DNA of 64,000 nucleotides from a virus: IMG/VR virus record IMGVR_UViG_3300047160_027173, positions 32,001 to 96,000 of that record; one strand, written 5' to 3'. Position numbers and translations under genes: made by a program. This document shows, piece after piece, positions 1-11,100 of the stretch (positions within the stretch are counted from its first letter, which is position 1; every line of letters begins with the position of its first letter). The notes below the pieces were generated by a model. That model was not told the origin of the DNA and ran no database searches. It worked only from the letters and a program-made list of their open reading frames with translations.

Positions 1-3000
1 CCGGGTGGACGAGGAGGATTTCACCGCTGACGATGGCCGAGGAGACCTGCTCGATGAGGCCAACCGGCGGGCTGGGCTCCTGGTTGAGGAAGAGGTCCAT
101 GGTGCTGACCCAGCCGCCCTCGAAGAGGCCAGCGATGAGCACGCAGGGGATGCCGGTCTCGGTCGTGCCCTGGAAGTTGCAGGCGCTGGTCTTGACGGCG
201 TAGAGGTCGTTACCGAAGAAGGCGCCCGACCTGAGCAACGGGAACGTGCCCTCGGTGTCCGTACCACAGCCTTCCAAGTCGATCTGGCTGAAGAGGCCGA
301 AGCCACCGGCACCGAGCATGAAGCTGTAGATGGTGTCGGCCTCGGGCTGGGCGCTGAGGCTGACGTAGCTGCCTGAGACCAGCCAGAACTGGCAGCGACC
401 GCCAGCGGTGACGACGACGTTGTTGGTGTTGTAGCTGTAGAGGCAGGCGCCAACCTGCTGGGCCGTGTAGATGACGGTGTCCGAGACTCGGCTGTAGAAG
501 CCGTTGGCGTTCTCGGCGAGGATGCCCCACTTGGTCGTGTAGCTGACGAGGACGTTGTCGATTCGGGCCAGCGGGCAGCCGTTGAAGATGATGCCGGAGT
601 TGCAGCTGCTGCCGCTGATCTCCAGGTTGTCGATATGGCATCCGCTACCACCGGCCGGAATGCGGGCGTAGTGCTTGACGAGACCGCCTCCGGTAAAGCT
701 ACTGGGGTGGGCCTGGCCGATGACCCAGGGGGCGCCGGAGGGCGCATCGCCCTGGTCCCAGTTGTAGAGGGCCTTGGTGTCCGAGTCCTCGACGAACGGA
801 GCCGTGGGGGCGGCGTAGTTCGAGTTGGTCGTGTGGCGGGCGATGTTGCTGAGCCGCAGGCTCTGGATAGAGCACGGCAGCACCGGGCCCAAGATGTTGT
901 CGTTGCTCTCCGGGGTGGTGTTGGCACCGCCGATGTTGACGTTGTGGAACGGACTCTGGGTGATGGCACCCGTGGCCGCGGCCGAGGTGATGAAGGTGCC
1001 GTTGATGTAGAAACGGACGTTCGAGCCGTCCCAGTCGATGCTGAAGTCGTAGACGGTGCTGTCGGCGACCGAGCCCGGGGCCGAGTCCAGGTTGATCTGA
1101 CCCTGGTTGGTGGTGCCCAGGGTGGCCCGCCAGAACTTACCGCCACCGAGGTCGATGACACTGAGTCCGAAGGCGTACTCGGAGAGGTTCTGGGGTTGGA
1201 TGTCAGGCGGGAAGCAGAAGCTCTGGACGACGCTCCAGTAGCTGCCGGAGCCGACCGTCGTCGTCTTGACGCGGCCGTCGATAGTCAGGGCCGGGAACAC
1301 GCTGGTGTTGTAGAGCTGCGTCCAGTAGTAGCTGTCGTGGAGGTAGACGGGGTTGTTGTTGGCCAGATTCAGCGAACGACCGGAGCCACCGAAGAGGTCC
1401 GGGCCAAAGGTGGGGGCGTTCTCGGCCTGACCGGCGATGACCGTCGGACCCACGAAGCCCTGCTGGAAGTCCGTGTAGCCGCTGCCGCTGTTGGTGGCAT
1501 GGATGCTGGTCTGGCTGCGGCCAGCACCGGTCAGGCGGCTGTTCACACTCATCCAGACGGGCTCGCTGACCCACCAGCGACCGGCGGGGACGACGACCGT
1601 GCCCGTGGGGGTGTTGACCGGGCCCAGGTCCGTGGTCAGGCTGGCGAAGGCGAGCCGGAAGGCCGTGCTGTTCATGACGGCGATGTCGTTCGGACGCGGG
1701 TAGAAGGTGTCGGGCTCGGGGCTGACACGGGCTCCGAAGTTGCGGATGTCCGCAGTCGTCGTGCCCTGGATGAAGGCCCAGTCCTCGGGGTGGTCGGCCC
1801 AGGAAACGCCTGCGCTGGTGAAGCCGTTCTCCAGGGTGCTGTTGTAGACGGTGAGCTTCCGGCCAGGGCTGGGCGGAGCGGCCAGACGAACGACGGCGTA
1901 CGGAGCCGGAGCGTTGAGGTTCACGCGGAACCGGCAGTTGCGCAGCTCCAGGTAGTCGAGGTTGTCGTACGCCAGTGCAGGCTGCGTATGCGAGCCCGGG
2001 CCTTCGCTGGCCAAGAAACAGTCCTCGAAGGTAATCGAGCCGGGGCCGGTACTGTTGCCGCCGGTGGCGATGACTCCGGCCAGATAGCCGGTGGGCAACG
2101 CGACTTCTGCGTCGATGGTCAAGTTCTTGATCGTGGCGACACCGTAGGTATTGCCGCCGGTGGTGACTCGGGCCGGGAGAGCGGTGAGTGAGCCAGGCTG
2201 CAGCTTGACCGTGTTCCAGGTGCCCTTGAGGTCGGCAAGCCAGGCCGCGTACTGGACGAGGATGTTCTCGCCGTCGACGTTGCCGTTGCTGACGTTCCAC
2301 GCGCAGCCCCAGGTGCTATCCGACTGGACGGTGATGTCGGAGGCCCAGTTGTAGAAGCTGTTGACGTCCAAGACCTGGAGGGCATAGTTGCTGTGCGCGA
2401 AGAAGTAGAGGTCTTCCCAGGTGCAGGTGAGGGCCTGGTTGACGGCGATGCCCGAGGCGTAGTGGAAACCCTGGAAGGTGATGCCGGACATCTTCACGCT
2501 GTTGACGCTGCGCAGGAGTGCCGAGTTGAGGGCGTCGAATCCGCGCATGTAGACGGTCATGTTGCCGTAGGGAATCAGGTATCCGGTCTGGCCCACCCAG
2601 CAGCCAACCTCAGCGTCCCAGGTCTGGAAGTCCAGGTTCAGGAGGGTATGGGTATCGCTGGCATACCTGGCCGTGGGCAGACTATAGGTGCTCGTATTCC
2701 GGGCCACGCTGGAGAAGCGCATGCTGTCCATGGTGCCGTTGATGGGCGCCCAGCGCTCGGCGAAGTTCACCGCGTACAGGGCCTGGCTGCCGATGACGAA
2801 GTCCTCGTAGAAGGCCTGGCTGATGGCGCCGTGGACGCCCGGAATCGTCTGCTGGAGGACGCCGTTCAGGAAGAAGAGGATGTTGCCGGTGGTGTTGTCC
2901 CAGTTGAACTCGTAGTTGTAGGTCGAGCCGTAGCTGATGCTGACGGGCGTGATACCGTACGAGGTGCCGCCGACATTGAAGCCGCCCTTGATCTGAAGGC

Positions 3001-5908
3001 CTCCGAAGCCGCTGCCGAAGTCCTGGAGGTAGACGCTCATGGCCTGAGCGCCGTGGGCGCTGTCCAGGTCGCCACCGCTGACGGTGATGATGCCCGTGCT
3101 ACCGGTCAGGCTCGTGCAGTTGAACCAGCCTTCGACGCTGATTGCTGTCAGGCCGTTCAGGCGACCGGCACGGGCGTCCTGGACGAGGATGCGGCTGCCG
3201 CCGTTGCTGCCCTGGCCGAACTGAGCGCTCTGGCCGGTGCCGCTGACCAGGGGAGCACCGAAGCTGATCCAGTCCTGCTGCAGACCCCACATGAGCGTGG
3301 GGCCCTGGAAGGTCGGGTAGCTGTAGGTCGGGTCCAGGGTGGGGCCGATGGTCGTGCCGTGCTCGCCTTGGCCGTAGATGTGCACGCCGGTCAGGTTGTT
3401 GCCGACGAGCACCAGGGGCTTGCTGATGTAAAATTGTCCGGCGGAAAGCTCGATGGCGTTGTTGCTGATCTGGGGGCCGACGAGGTACTCGGTAACGGCA
3501 TTGATGGCGCCCTGGATGTCCGCACGCTGGTCGACGCCGGAGTCGGACTTGGCGTTGACGACGAAGACGTTCGACCGGGCGGCAGCCGAGGTCTGGATGG
3601 TGCCATCGGCAAATTCGATGTAGCCGTCTTTGGTGATGGCCAGCTTCTCGACGTTGTCGTTGCGGACGGACAGCAGCTTTGCGCCTGCCGTGGTGTAGGC
3701 GGACTTGGTGTCGATGGCGGTACCGACGGCGCTGGAGCCGTCCGGCCCACCACTGATGAGGTGCGTGCCGGTGTCGATGGCCGACAGGACCTGGATCCTG
3801 TAGGTCGACGGCGCGATGGGGATGGTTGCACCCAGCCGGTAGGGGTTGGTCAGCGTGACCTGGGCCGTGGTCGGTGACGTGCTGCCGAGGACGGTGTTGA
3901 AGGTGAAGGTGGCGTCGTTGTCGACGTAGAAGGCGCAGTTCTCGAACGTGGCGCCGAAGTTCGGCGTGCCGGCGAAGCCGATGGCTGGCGTGTTGTTGCC
4001 AGCGTTCGTGTTGGCGGCAATCGTGCTCGACGCCATCCGGACCCATTCGGTGTCACCGAGGATGACGACCGGGGCAATCATGTCCGGGTAGAAGCCCTCG
4101 GTGTCCACGGACACGTCGGTCACGTCGATGCCCGAGAAGATACCCTGGCCCGAACCGCCGAAGATGAATCCAGCCAAAGAGCCCGGGGTTCCGCTACCGG
4201 GCTGGTTCGTCAGGCCGGAGATGACGCCAGTCGTGATCCAGCCGCCGACACGGCCACCGAGAATCTGGATGTTGGAGCCCGTCAGGGGGTTGATCTTGAC
4301 GCCGAAGGAGTAGGGGCTCTGGACGAAGATGTCGCGGAAGTCGCTGTAGAAGCTGTTGGCGTCGGCCGAGAGCAGGCCGTAGTGGGACGTGGACTCGATT
4401 TCAACGCCATGCACCGACAGGTGGTTGCAGTTGCTGAGGATGAGGCCGGACTGGTTGTAGCCAGTGGCGCCGAAGCCCATGTCCTCGATGAGAATCTGGC
4501 CCGTCGGGAGGACCTTGTTGTAACGGACCCAGTGCTTGACCATCTGGCCGACAGCAGAGAAGCGACCGGCGGTGCACTGACCGATGACGAAGGGCTCGCC
4601 CGTGAGCGGGTCTCCCTGGTCCCAGTTGTAGAGGGCCAGGGTGTTGCTGTCGACGGGATACGCGTCCGTCGGGGGCACGAAGGAGCCAGTGCCAGTGTGA
4701 CGGGCGACGTTGCTGTAGCGGATGGAGCTGATGAGGCCGTTGAAACCGGCGTCGTAGTTGGTGCCTTCGTCGTAGCCGGCACCGATGGTGACACCTTCCC
4801 AGGGCTTCTGGAGAAGGGTTCCGGTGGCGGCCTGGTGGAGGACGTTGACGCCGTCGACGTATGCATCGAGGTGGGCTCCGTCGTAGTTCAACTCGATGTT
4901 GTACCAAGTGCTAGGAGTGATCGTGCCAGCGCCAAAGCCGCCAAAGCTACCGGCGGTCGTGGTGATGGAGAACCGGAGCTGGTAGGAGCTGAAGTTGGTC
5001 AGACCGATGAAGAACGCCGACGAGCCGGGGTTGCTGAGCGTCGAGAACGAGCTGATGACGGCGCCGTTGTCCGAGTAGATGTGGTCGAAGTTCAGCCAGA
5101 ACTGGATGCTGAAGGCGCTCGTGCCCTCCATCTCATTCCAGACGAAGGCGTCGTGAAGGAAGAACTTCTCGTAGGCGGTGCTGAGCGTGAGTGAGCGACC
5201 CGTCGTGAATCCAGGCGGGGGCGAGGTCATCACCGGCGGCGACGAGTCCGGGCTGGAGGCGATGAACAGAGGTCCGGCGAAGGACGGCAGGTAGAGGCCA
5301 CCGCTGCCGGTGCCCTCAGGGGAGGCGAAAACCAGGCTCAGGTCTCGGCCGTCGCCCTTCAGGTACGTCAGGGTCGGCAGAACGACGGGGCGGCTGATGA
5401 ACCAGCGGCCCTCGGGGACGTAAATCTGGCCAGCCGTTGAGGCGCTGAAGGAACCGTTGGCCGTGAAGGCGGCGATGGCGGCAACGAACGCCGGGTAGCA
5501 GTCGTTGGCCGGAGTCGGCGGGGTGAAGATGTTCGCCGTGCTCGTGGCGCCGTAGTTGACGATGGAGTGGATGGCGGCGGACGTGGACTGAACGCTGCCG
5601 TCCGGGAACTTGATGAAGCCATCCTTGGTGATGGCGAAGACCTGGCTGAAGTTGTTCTGGACGCTGAGGAGGAGGTCCCCGGCGGTGTTCAGGAAGCTGA
5701 CAGAGTTGAGGACGGCCGCCACGGCCGAACCCGTGCTGACGGTGTCGCTGGACAGGACCAGGGAGTTCGTGCTCCTGGCCGTCAGGTGGGAGCTGATGAC
5801 TCCGTTCAGGAAGGTCTTGGCCCCGCCAAAGGTCTGCCCCAGGGTCGAGACGATGCCCGACAGGGAGGCTGTGGCGAACGGCAATGGACCGGGAAGCGGT
5901 GCGGGCAT
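1..5908 (-). CDS. Giant tail fibre/tailspike protein (>1,969 aa, truncated at window edge) with three tandem beta-helix + LamG-like modules
   Basis: ATG at 5908 (MPAPLPGPLPFAT...). Sampled translations stay in frame, and the ORF track omits it, consistent with no stop before the edge. Pectate-lyase-3-like starts (IVNYGA...IYVPEGRW; DIRNFGA...VVVPAGRW) and LamG-like strands (WYNIELNYDG...AYVDG; VYDFSIDWDG..RFYING). CAATCTAG lies 19 nt upstream. Confidence 0.85.
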   Translation of the reverse strand, partial: MPAPLPGPLPFATASLSGIVSTLGQTFGGAKTFLNGVISSHLTARSTNSLVLSSDTVSTGSAVAAVLNSVSFLNTAGDLLLSVQNNFSQVFAITKDGFIKFPDGSVQSTSAAIHSIVNYGATSTANIFTPPTPANDCYPAFVAAIAAFTANGSFSASTAGQIYVPEGRWFISRPVVLPTLTYLKGDGRDLSLVFASPEGTGSGGLYLPSFAGPLFIASSPDSSPPVMTSPPPGFTTGRSLTLSTAYEKFFLHDAFVWNEMEGTSAFSIQFWLNFDHIYSDNGAVISSFSTLSNPGSSAFFIGLTNFSSYQLRFSITTTAGSFGGFGAGTITPSTWYNIELNYDGAHLDAYVDGVNVLHQAATGTLLQKPWEGVTIGAGYDEGTNYDAGFNGLISSIRYSNVARHTGTGSFVPPTDAYPVDSNTLALYNWDQGDPLTGEPFVIGQCTAGRFSAVGQMVKHWVRYNKVLPTGQILIEDMGFGATGYNQSGLILSNCNHLSVHGVEIESTSHYGLLSADANSFYSDFRDIFVQSPYSFGVKINPLTGSNIQILGGRVGGWITTGVISGLTNQPGSGTPGSLAGFIFGGSGQGIFSGIDVTDVSVDTEGFYPDMIAPVVILGDTEWVRMASSTIAANTNAGNNTPAIGFAGTPNFGATFENCAFYVDNDATFTFNTVLGSTSPTTAQVTLTNPYRLGATIPIAPSTYRIQVLSAIDTGTHLISGGPDGSSAVGTAIDTKSAYTTAGAKLLSVRNDNVEKLAITKDGYIEFADGTIQTSAAARSNVFVVNAKSDSGVDQRADIQGAINAVTEYLVGPQISNNAIELSAGQFYISKPLVLVGNNLTGVHIYGQGEHGTTIGPTLDPTYSYPTFQGPTLMWGLQQDWISFGAPLVSGTGQSAQFGQGSNGGSRILVQDARAGRLNGLTAISVEGWFNCTSLTGSTGIITVSGGDLDSAHGAQAMSVYLQDFGSGFGGLQIKGGFNVGGTSYGITPVSISYGSTYNYEFNWDNTTGNILFFLNGVLQQTIPGVHGAISQAFYEDFVIGSQALYAVNFAERWAPINGTMDSMRFSSVARNTSTYSLPTARYASDTHTLLNLDFQTWDAEVGCWVGQTGYLIPYGNMTVYMRGFDALNSALLRSVNSVKMSGITFQGFHYASGIAVNQALTCTWEDLYFFAHSNYALQVLDVNSFYNWASDITVQSDSTWGCAWNVSNGNVDGENILVQYAAWLADLKGTWNTVKLQPGSLTALPARVTTGGNTYGVATIKNLTIDAEVALPTGYLAGVIATGGNSTGPGSITFEDCFLASEGPGSHTQPALAYDNLDYLELRNCRFRVNLNAPAPYAVVRLAAPPSPGRKLTVYNSTLENGFTSAGVSWADHPEDWAFIQGTTTADIRNFGARVSPEPDTFYPRPNDIAVMNSTAFRLAFASLTTDLGPVNTPTGTVVVPAGRWWVSEPVWMSVNSRLTGAGRSQTSIHATNSGSGYTDFQQGFVGPTVIAGQAENAPTFGPDLFGGSGRSLNLANNNPVYLHDSYYWTQLYNTSVFPALTIDGRVKTTTVGSGSYWSVVQSFCFPPDIQPQNLSEYAFGLSVIDLGGGKFWRATLGTTNQGQINLDSAPGSVADSTVYDFSIDWDGSNVRFYINGTFITSAAATGAITQSPFHNVNIGGANTTPESNDNILGPVLPCSIQSLRLSNIARHTTNSNYAAPTAPFVEDSDTKALYNWDQGDAPSGAPWVIGQAHPSSFTGGGLVKHYARIPAGGSGCHIDNLEISGSSCNSGIIFNGCPLARIDNVLVSYTTKWGILAENANGFYSRVSDTVIYTAQQVGACLYSYNTNNVVVTAGGRCQFWLVSGSYVSLSAQPEADTIYSFMLGAGGFGLFSQIDLEGCGTDTEGTFPLLRSGAFFGNDLYAVKTSACNFQGTTETGIPCVLIAGLFEGGWVSTMDLFLNQEPSPPVGLIEQVSSAIVSGEILLVHP

Positions 5909-5938
5909 AGGAGGGGAACTCCCGTCCTAGATTGCTGA

Positions 5939-6391
5939 CTAGACGGGAATCCGCTGGAAGGGATTCGTGAAGGTGGGGCTACCGGCGCTGTCCTTCAGGT
6001 CGAACTTCTTCAGGACGGTGCTGCCGTCCCTGCGGAACATGACCAGGCGGTTGGCGTCCGGGCCCGAGGTCTGGATCTTCCAGGTGCCGAAACCCTCGTC
6101 GTTGAGGTCGGTCAGAAAGTCCACATTGAAGTCTTCAGGCCGCAGGAAGCCCGCCACGAACCTGGGGACGGACGAGACCGTGCCGTCGATGATGAAGGCG
6201 ATAGCCGTCGTCGTCAGGGCCGGGTCCGGGGTGAACATGTAGGCTCCGCCGCCGATCTCCACGATGGAGGGCTGGGCGACGTCGGCACCGGTGGTGTCCT
6301 TGTAGATGCTGAAGTCCGGCGCGGCTCCGGTCAGGGGATGCCCTGAGCTGTCGTAGAGGAAGAAGACTTCGACTTTGGGACTGTTGGCCAT
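5939..6391 (-). CDS. Virion structural protein (tail fibre-associated), function unknown
   Basis: 150-aa ORF between fibre genes, with typical codon usage and a late-motif variant upstream. Confidence 0.7.
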   Translation of the reverse strand: MANSPKVEVFFLYDSSGHPLTGAAPDFSIYKDTTGADVAQPSIVEIGGGAYMFTPDPALTTTAIAFIIDGTVSSVPRFVAGFLRPEDFNVDFLTDLNDEGFGTWKIQTSGPDANRLVMFRRDGSTVLKKFDLKDSAGSPTFTNPFQRIPV

Positions 6392-6406
6392 GGTCTATAG
6401 ATTCCG

Positions 6407-8107
6407 TTAGACGATGCTCAGGGTTCCGGCGTTCGTCACAGACAGCGTCCAGACGGTTCCGTTCGGAGACGCCATTTTGATCGTGCCCGGGACTGTGAGC
6501 AGAACCAGGTTGCCGTCCTTGTCGAAGTAGGCCTTCTCGACACCGCCGTTGCGGATGCTGAGAAGTTCAGCGCCGAGGGTGCCATAGGCGGCGTTGGTGT
6601 CGATGATGGTGCCGACGGCGCTGGCACCGTCGGGCGCGCTACCCGCGAGGTGGAGAGTGATCGAGTCACCCCAGAGGACGTTGTCTTCCCAGGCGGAGCC
6701 GTTCCAGCTCTGCAGGTGGATGTTAGCGGAAGACTGGTGGGGACGGACGTAGGCGTCCGGGTACGAGGGGAGGATGGTGAAGTTAGAGCCCGTGCCCTCG
6801 GTGGCGAAGGAGAAGAAGCTACCACCGGGGCCGGAGTTGCCCTGAGCGCTCATCACCACGCCGAGTGTATCGGCATCGTGCTTGAAGAAAACAGACGGGA
6901 TGCTGACGCCGCCCGTACCCTCACAGATGAAGTTCGCGGTCTGCGAGCCCCGGAGCTTGAGCAGCATGGGCGTCTTGGCGTCCGTGTAGCTGAACGCACT
7001 GGGTCCGCCGATGACCATACCCAGGAGACCGAAGTAAGCGGCCTCGGTGCCGCTGTTCTGGATGCTGACGAGCTTGTCACCGTTCGTGCTGAGGATGGGA
7101 CCGCTGTTGAGGATGGTGGCCACGGTCGAGCCGCTGGTGGTCGCCCAGCCCTGGATCTTCGTAGCACCCGGGCCGACGGGCAACTGCACGTAGTTGTGGG
7201 TGGCGTCGAAGCGCTGGGTGAGAGCGAAGGTGCCAATCGAATCAATCCAGGCTGAGCCGAAGGGGTTGCTGCTGTGGCCGAAGCCGTAGGCTGCCGGTGA
7301 GCCCGGCTGGAGAGTGCCGTCCGCTTCCCAGTAGGCAATTTCGGAGCCGTTGTTGCGGATGCTGTGGACCTTGTTGCCGGGCGTGTTGATGTTGACCTGA
7401 GTATCGAGGATGACGCCGCCGACGTGACCGCTGGTGTTGGGGCCGTCACCTGAGATGGTCCAGGGCAGACCACCGGTAGCCAGCAGCGGGTTGGAGACGC
7501 CGCCACCGCCAGCCGTGGACTGGGTGCTGCCGTCGGCGAAGGTGATGACGCCACCGCCGCCCAGGGTCAGGGTCAGGCCGAGGCCGCTGATGGTGCCGTC
7601 GAAGGCGATGCTGGCGACCTCGGTGCCGCCGCCGAGGATGTTGTTCTGGATGCTGACGAGCTTGGAGCCGCCCGTGACGAGGTTGTTGTAGGAGCCCATC
7701 CTGACGCCGATGGCCGTCGATGAGTCGACCAAGACGCCGACCAGGTTCAGAGTGCTGGTGGTGGTGGCAGCGGCGCCGACGGTACTGTAGTGACCACCGG
7801 AGTAGAGGAACGTGCTTTCCGTCAGGCTTCCCGACAGACCACCCAGCGTCAGGCTGGCGTAGCTCTGCATCTGGCCGCCGCTGCCGTCAATGGAGAACAC
7901 CGGGAAGCTATGGTACTGGACCTGGAAGAGCTTGGCCGTGCTGAGGGTGTCCGTGCTGTTGACGATGACGGCCACGTGGCCGCTGGTGTCCGCGGGGACG
8001 TGGCCCTGGAGCGTGATCTGGCTGCCAGCCGCCGTCTGGACGGTGTTAGCAGCGGCCGTGATGAGCTGGACCAGCGTCGGCGGAGATGGGATTACCTGCA
8101 GCGGCAT
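6407..8107 (-). CDS. Tail fibre-like protein with five ~45-aa repeats
   Basis: G/S/T-rich. Repeats of the type 'T.G.KLvSIqN.GtE'. C-terminal 'MASPNGTVWTLSVTNAGTL' is typical of phage fibre ends. Coupled to the baseplate gene by TAATG. Confidence 0.75.
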   Translation of the reverse strand: MPLQVIPSPPTLVQLITAAANTVQTAAGSQITLQGHVPADTSGHVAVIVNSTDTLSTAKLFQVQYHSFPVFSIDGSGGQMQSYASLTLGGLSGSLTESTFLYSGGHYSTVGAAATTTSTLNLVGVLVDSSTAIGVRMGSYNNLVTGGSKLVSIQNNILGGGTEVASIAFDGTISGLGLTLTLGGGGVITFADGSTQSTAGGGGVSNPLLATGGLPWTISGDGPNTSGHVGGVILDTQVNINTPGNKVHSIRNNGSEIAYWEADGTLQPGSPAAYGFGHSSNPFGSAWIDSIGTFALTQRFDATHNYVQLPVGPGATKIQGWATTSGSTVATILNSGPILSTNGDKLVSIQNSGTEAAYFGLLGMVIGGPSAFSYTDAKTPMLLKLRGSQTANFICEGTGGVSIPSVFFKHDADTLGVVMSAQGNSGPGGSFFSFATEGTGSNFTILPSYPDAYVRPHQSSANIHLQSWNGSAWEDNVLWGDSITLHLAGSAPDGASAVGTIIDTNAAYGTLGAELLSIRNGGVEKAYFDKDGNLVLLTVPGTIKMASPNGTVWTLSVTNAGTLSIV

Positions 8108-11100
8108 TAGGTACCCACGAAGCTGACGAGGACGTCGTCGGCCAGGTTAAGGACCAGGGCCTTCTCGAAGGGCTGGACGCTGATGAGGTCGTTGCCGGGG
8201 CCGTAGGTCGGGCTCAGCACGGTCACGGCGTTGACGCCGTTCACGGACATGGCGGCGTCGACGATGGCGCTGATGGCCACGGGCAGGCCAACGCCGGTCT
8301 GGTTGACGGTGCTGGCCACAGCCGACTGGACCTGGTTGATGATGTCCGTGCTGTTGATGCCGGACTGGACGCGGAGGGCCAGGGAGACCTGGACCCTGCG
8401 GACCAGCGGGCCTTCGATGTTGACGTTGGCACCGGCGGCGACGATGCCCGGGTAAGTCGTGGGATCAGACTCCAGGCCGTAGCTGACCTTGTTGGCTTCC
8501 TGGATGAGGCCCAGGCTGTGCCGGTAGCCGTCGATGCCGGTGGCGGTCGAGGACGGGAAGCCGAGCTTGTCCAGGCTCAGGAGGAGGGTTCCGGCGGCCT
8601 CCGTGACCTTGGTGAAGCCAGCGTCGGTCGTGAACTTGACGTCGACCAGAGCCGGGTTGGCCTGGTTGGGGCTGACGGCGAGAATCTGCTTGATGAGGCT
8701 GCTGGGGAGCTTCTCGACGACTTGGATGAGGGGAGCGTTGGCTCCGAGGGCGGCGACCGCACTCTGGTTGGCGCCGACGCTTTCCAGCGTGTACTGCCAC
8801 TGGTTGTTGCCGAAGCCGGGGTTGATGGTGGCGAGGTCGATGCTCCTCACGACCCAGGTGCCGATGTTGGCCCGGCCCCAGATGGGGGTGTTGATGACGA
8901 GCAAGTCCTTGGGGACGATGCTGTCGTAGGTCAGGAAGGCGAGGTCGGCAATCTGCGTCTCTTCGAGGACGTTGGGGTTCTCGACCCAGAAGGTCTTGGC
9001 GGTGTTGTCGATGCGGACGATGCGGAAGAAGCCCTGGTTGACGCTGCTGACGATGCCCGGACCGCTGAGGGTGTCGCTGACGTTGACCCAGTCACCTTCG
9101 CTGACGCCGCTCAGGTTCGGGCTGCTACCGGCCACGTAGACGAAGGCCACGAAGCGGCCCTGCTTCTCAATCTGCCAGGTCACGCCAGCGATGGGGGCTC
9201 CGCCAGCGTTGGCGAAGGTCCAGGCCTTGGTTCCGGCGCCGTTGTAGACGACGACGCCCGTGCTCAGGGTGATGCTCGTCAGGGTCGTGTTGGCGTCGAT
9301 GTTGGCCTTGGGGACGGCGATGGCGTTCTGCAGCCGGACCCAGTTCTGGGCGTAGATGCTGGCACCGTCGGAGGCGTCGACGCTGACGACGGCGTAGGTG
9401 CTGGCGACGTCCACTGCCGAGCCCTGGACGGCGGCAGAGAGGAAGTTGGCGGCTCCGCCCTGGACCTGGACACTGCCGACCGAGCCCGGGGTCAGGCTGG
9501 CGATCTGCGGGTGGCGACCCTGGGCGGCAACCTCGACCTCGGCGCTGGCGAAGAGGCCACCGGGGCCAGGGGTGGAGAGGAAGTCGACCACGTTCAGGGC
9601 CGTGATGGGCACCAGGAAGACGCGCTCGTTGGCCCAGTCACTGTTGGTGGCCAGGGCCGCGGTGACGGAGTCCTTCAGGGTGAAGACGAAGTTGTTGGCG
9701 GGCAGCGTCGGGGTGTTCGTGCTCCGCACCCAGTTGAGGCCGTCGCTGAAGTACCACCAGGGGTTGGCGCCACCGAGGACGGCGGCCTCGTAGGTGGCAT
9801 CGCTGATGACGCCCGAGTTGCTGACGCCGTTGCCGACGGCCACCGCGGTCACGGGGCTGTTGGTGAGGGCGTTGACGGCGGCGGCGATGGCGACGATGCC
9901 CGAGGCGCCGGTGTTCAGCGGGAAGAAGCTGACGTTGAGGCCAGACAGGTACCAGGTCAGGGTGCCGGTGACGGAGCCCACGACCGGGGACTTACCCAGG
10001 GTGTCGTGGGGGTCGGCGGTGGTGAGCTTGATGGCCTGCTGGAAGTTCGCGGCGAAGGCGCCGCCGACGATGGACTGAATGTCACCGACGACGACACTGG
10101 AGCCAGCCGAGACCTCGCCCTGGTTGTCGAAGCTGAGCGTGCCGATGTTCGGCGTACCGGCGACGGCGTTGGTGTTCTCGCGGTAGTTGACCTGGATGGT
10201 GCCAGGGACCTCGGCGATGGTGTAGGCGCCGGTGGCGAAGTTCGAGTCCGTGCTCTGGGTCCAGATGACCTCGCCCACGGTCAGGCCGTGGTTGGTGACG
10301 GCGCCCGGCAGGGTCAGGAGGAGGCTGGTCATGCCGTAGATGGTGCCGCTGACCTGGGCCGTCGAGCCCGAGCCGCCACCGGTGATGGTCTCGCCGTTGA
10401 TGAAGGCGCCGAGGACGGCGGTCAGGATGAGGCTGCCGTTGGCGCCACCGGGTGCGCCGCCGACGACCTGGATGACGGCCGTGGCACCTGAGACGGCGCC
10501 GGTGATGGTCTCACCTGCGGTCCAGCCGATGCCGACCTTGGCGACGTAGTCCAGGCGCTGGGTACGGCTGGCCGAGCTGATGAGGAAGTTGAAGACGGTC
10601 TGGTAGTCGTAGAGGCTGTTGCCGTCAGGGCCTGCCGTGCAGGCCACGCCGATCCTGGACGTGTTCCTGAGGCTGGTGCCGGTGCGAGCGGCTCCAGAAG
10701 GCAGCAGGACGGTGATGTCGACGTACTGGTCGCTGAAGGTGTTGGTGCGGACCAGGACCGGCTCCGAGGCCACCAGCGGGTAGCCATAGGCGATGCGGGC
10801 GTCGTTGCCGTCAGGGCCCAGGCGCTTGTACCGCCAGAGGACGGTGGAGGTCGTGTCCAGGCTGGAGACGCGGTCGGACTTGGTCCGGCCCGGCATGAAG
10901 ACGGCGAAGTCCTGCCAGTTCATGGCCGTGCCGAAGGACTCGGCCAAGCTGACGCCGCCCTGGCTGGCATCGGTCAGGGTCATGGTGATGCCGTAGGTGC
11001 TGCCCACGGTACCGCCCTGGCGGAACATGTTCTGGACGAAGCGCTTGCTGGCCGTGTCGCCGTCGATGACGACAGCGAGCTGGTCCTGGGGACTGATGGA

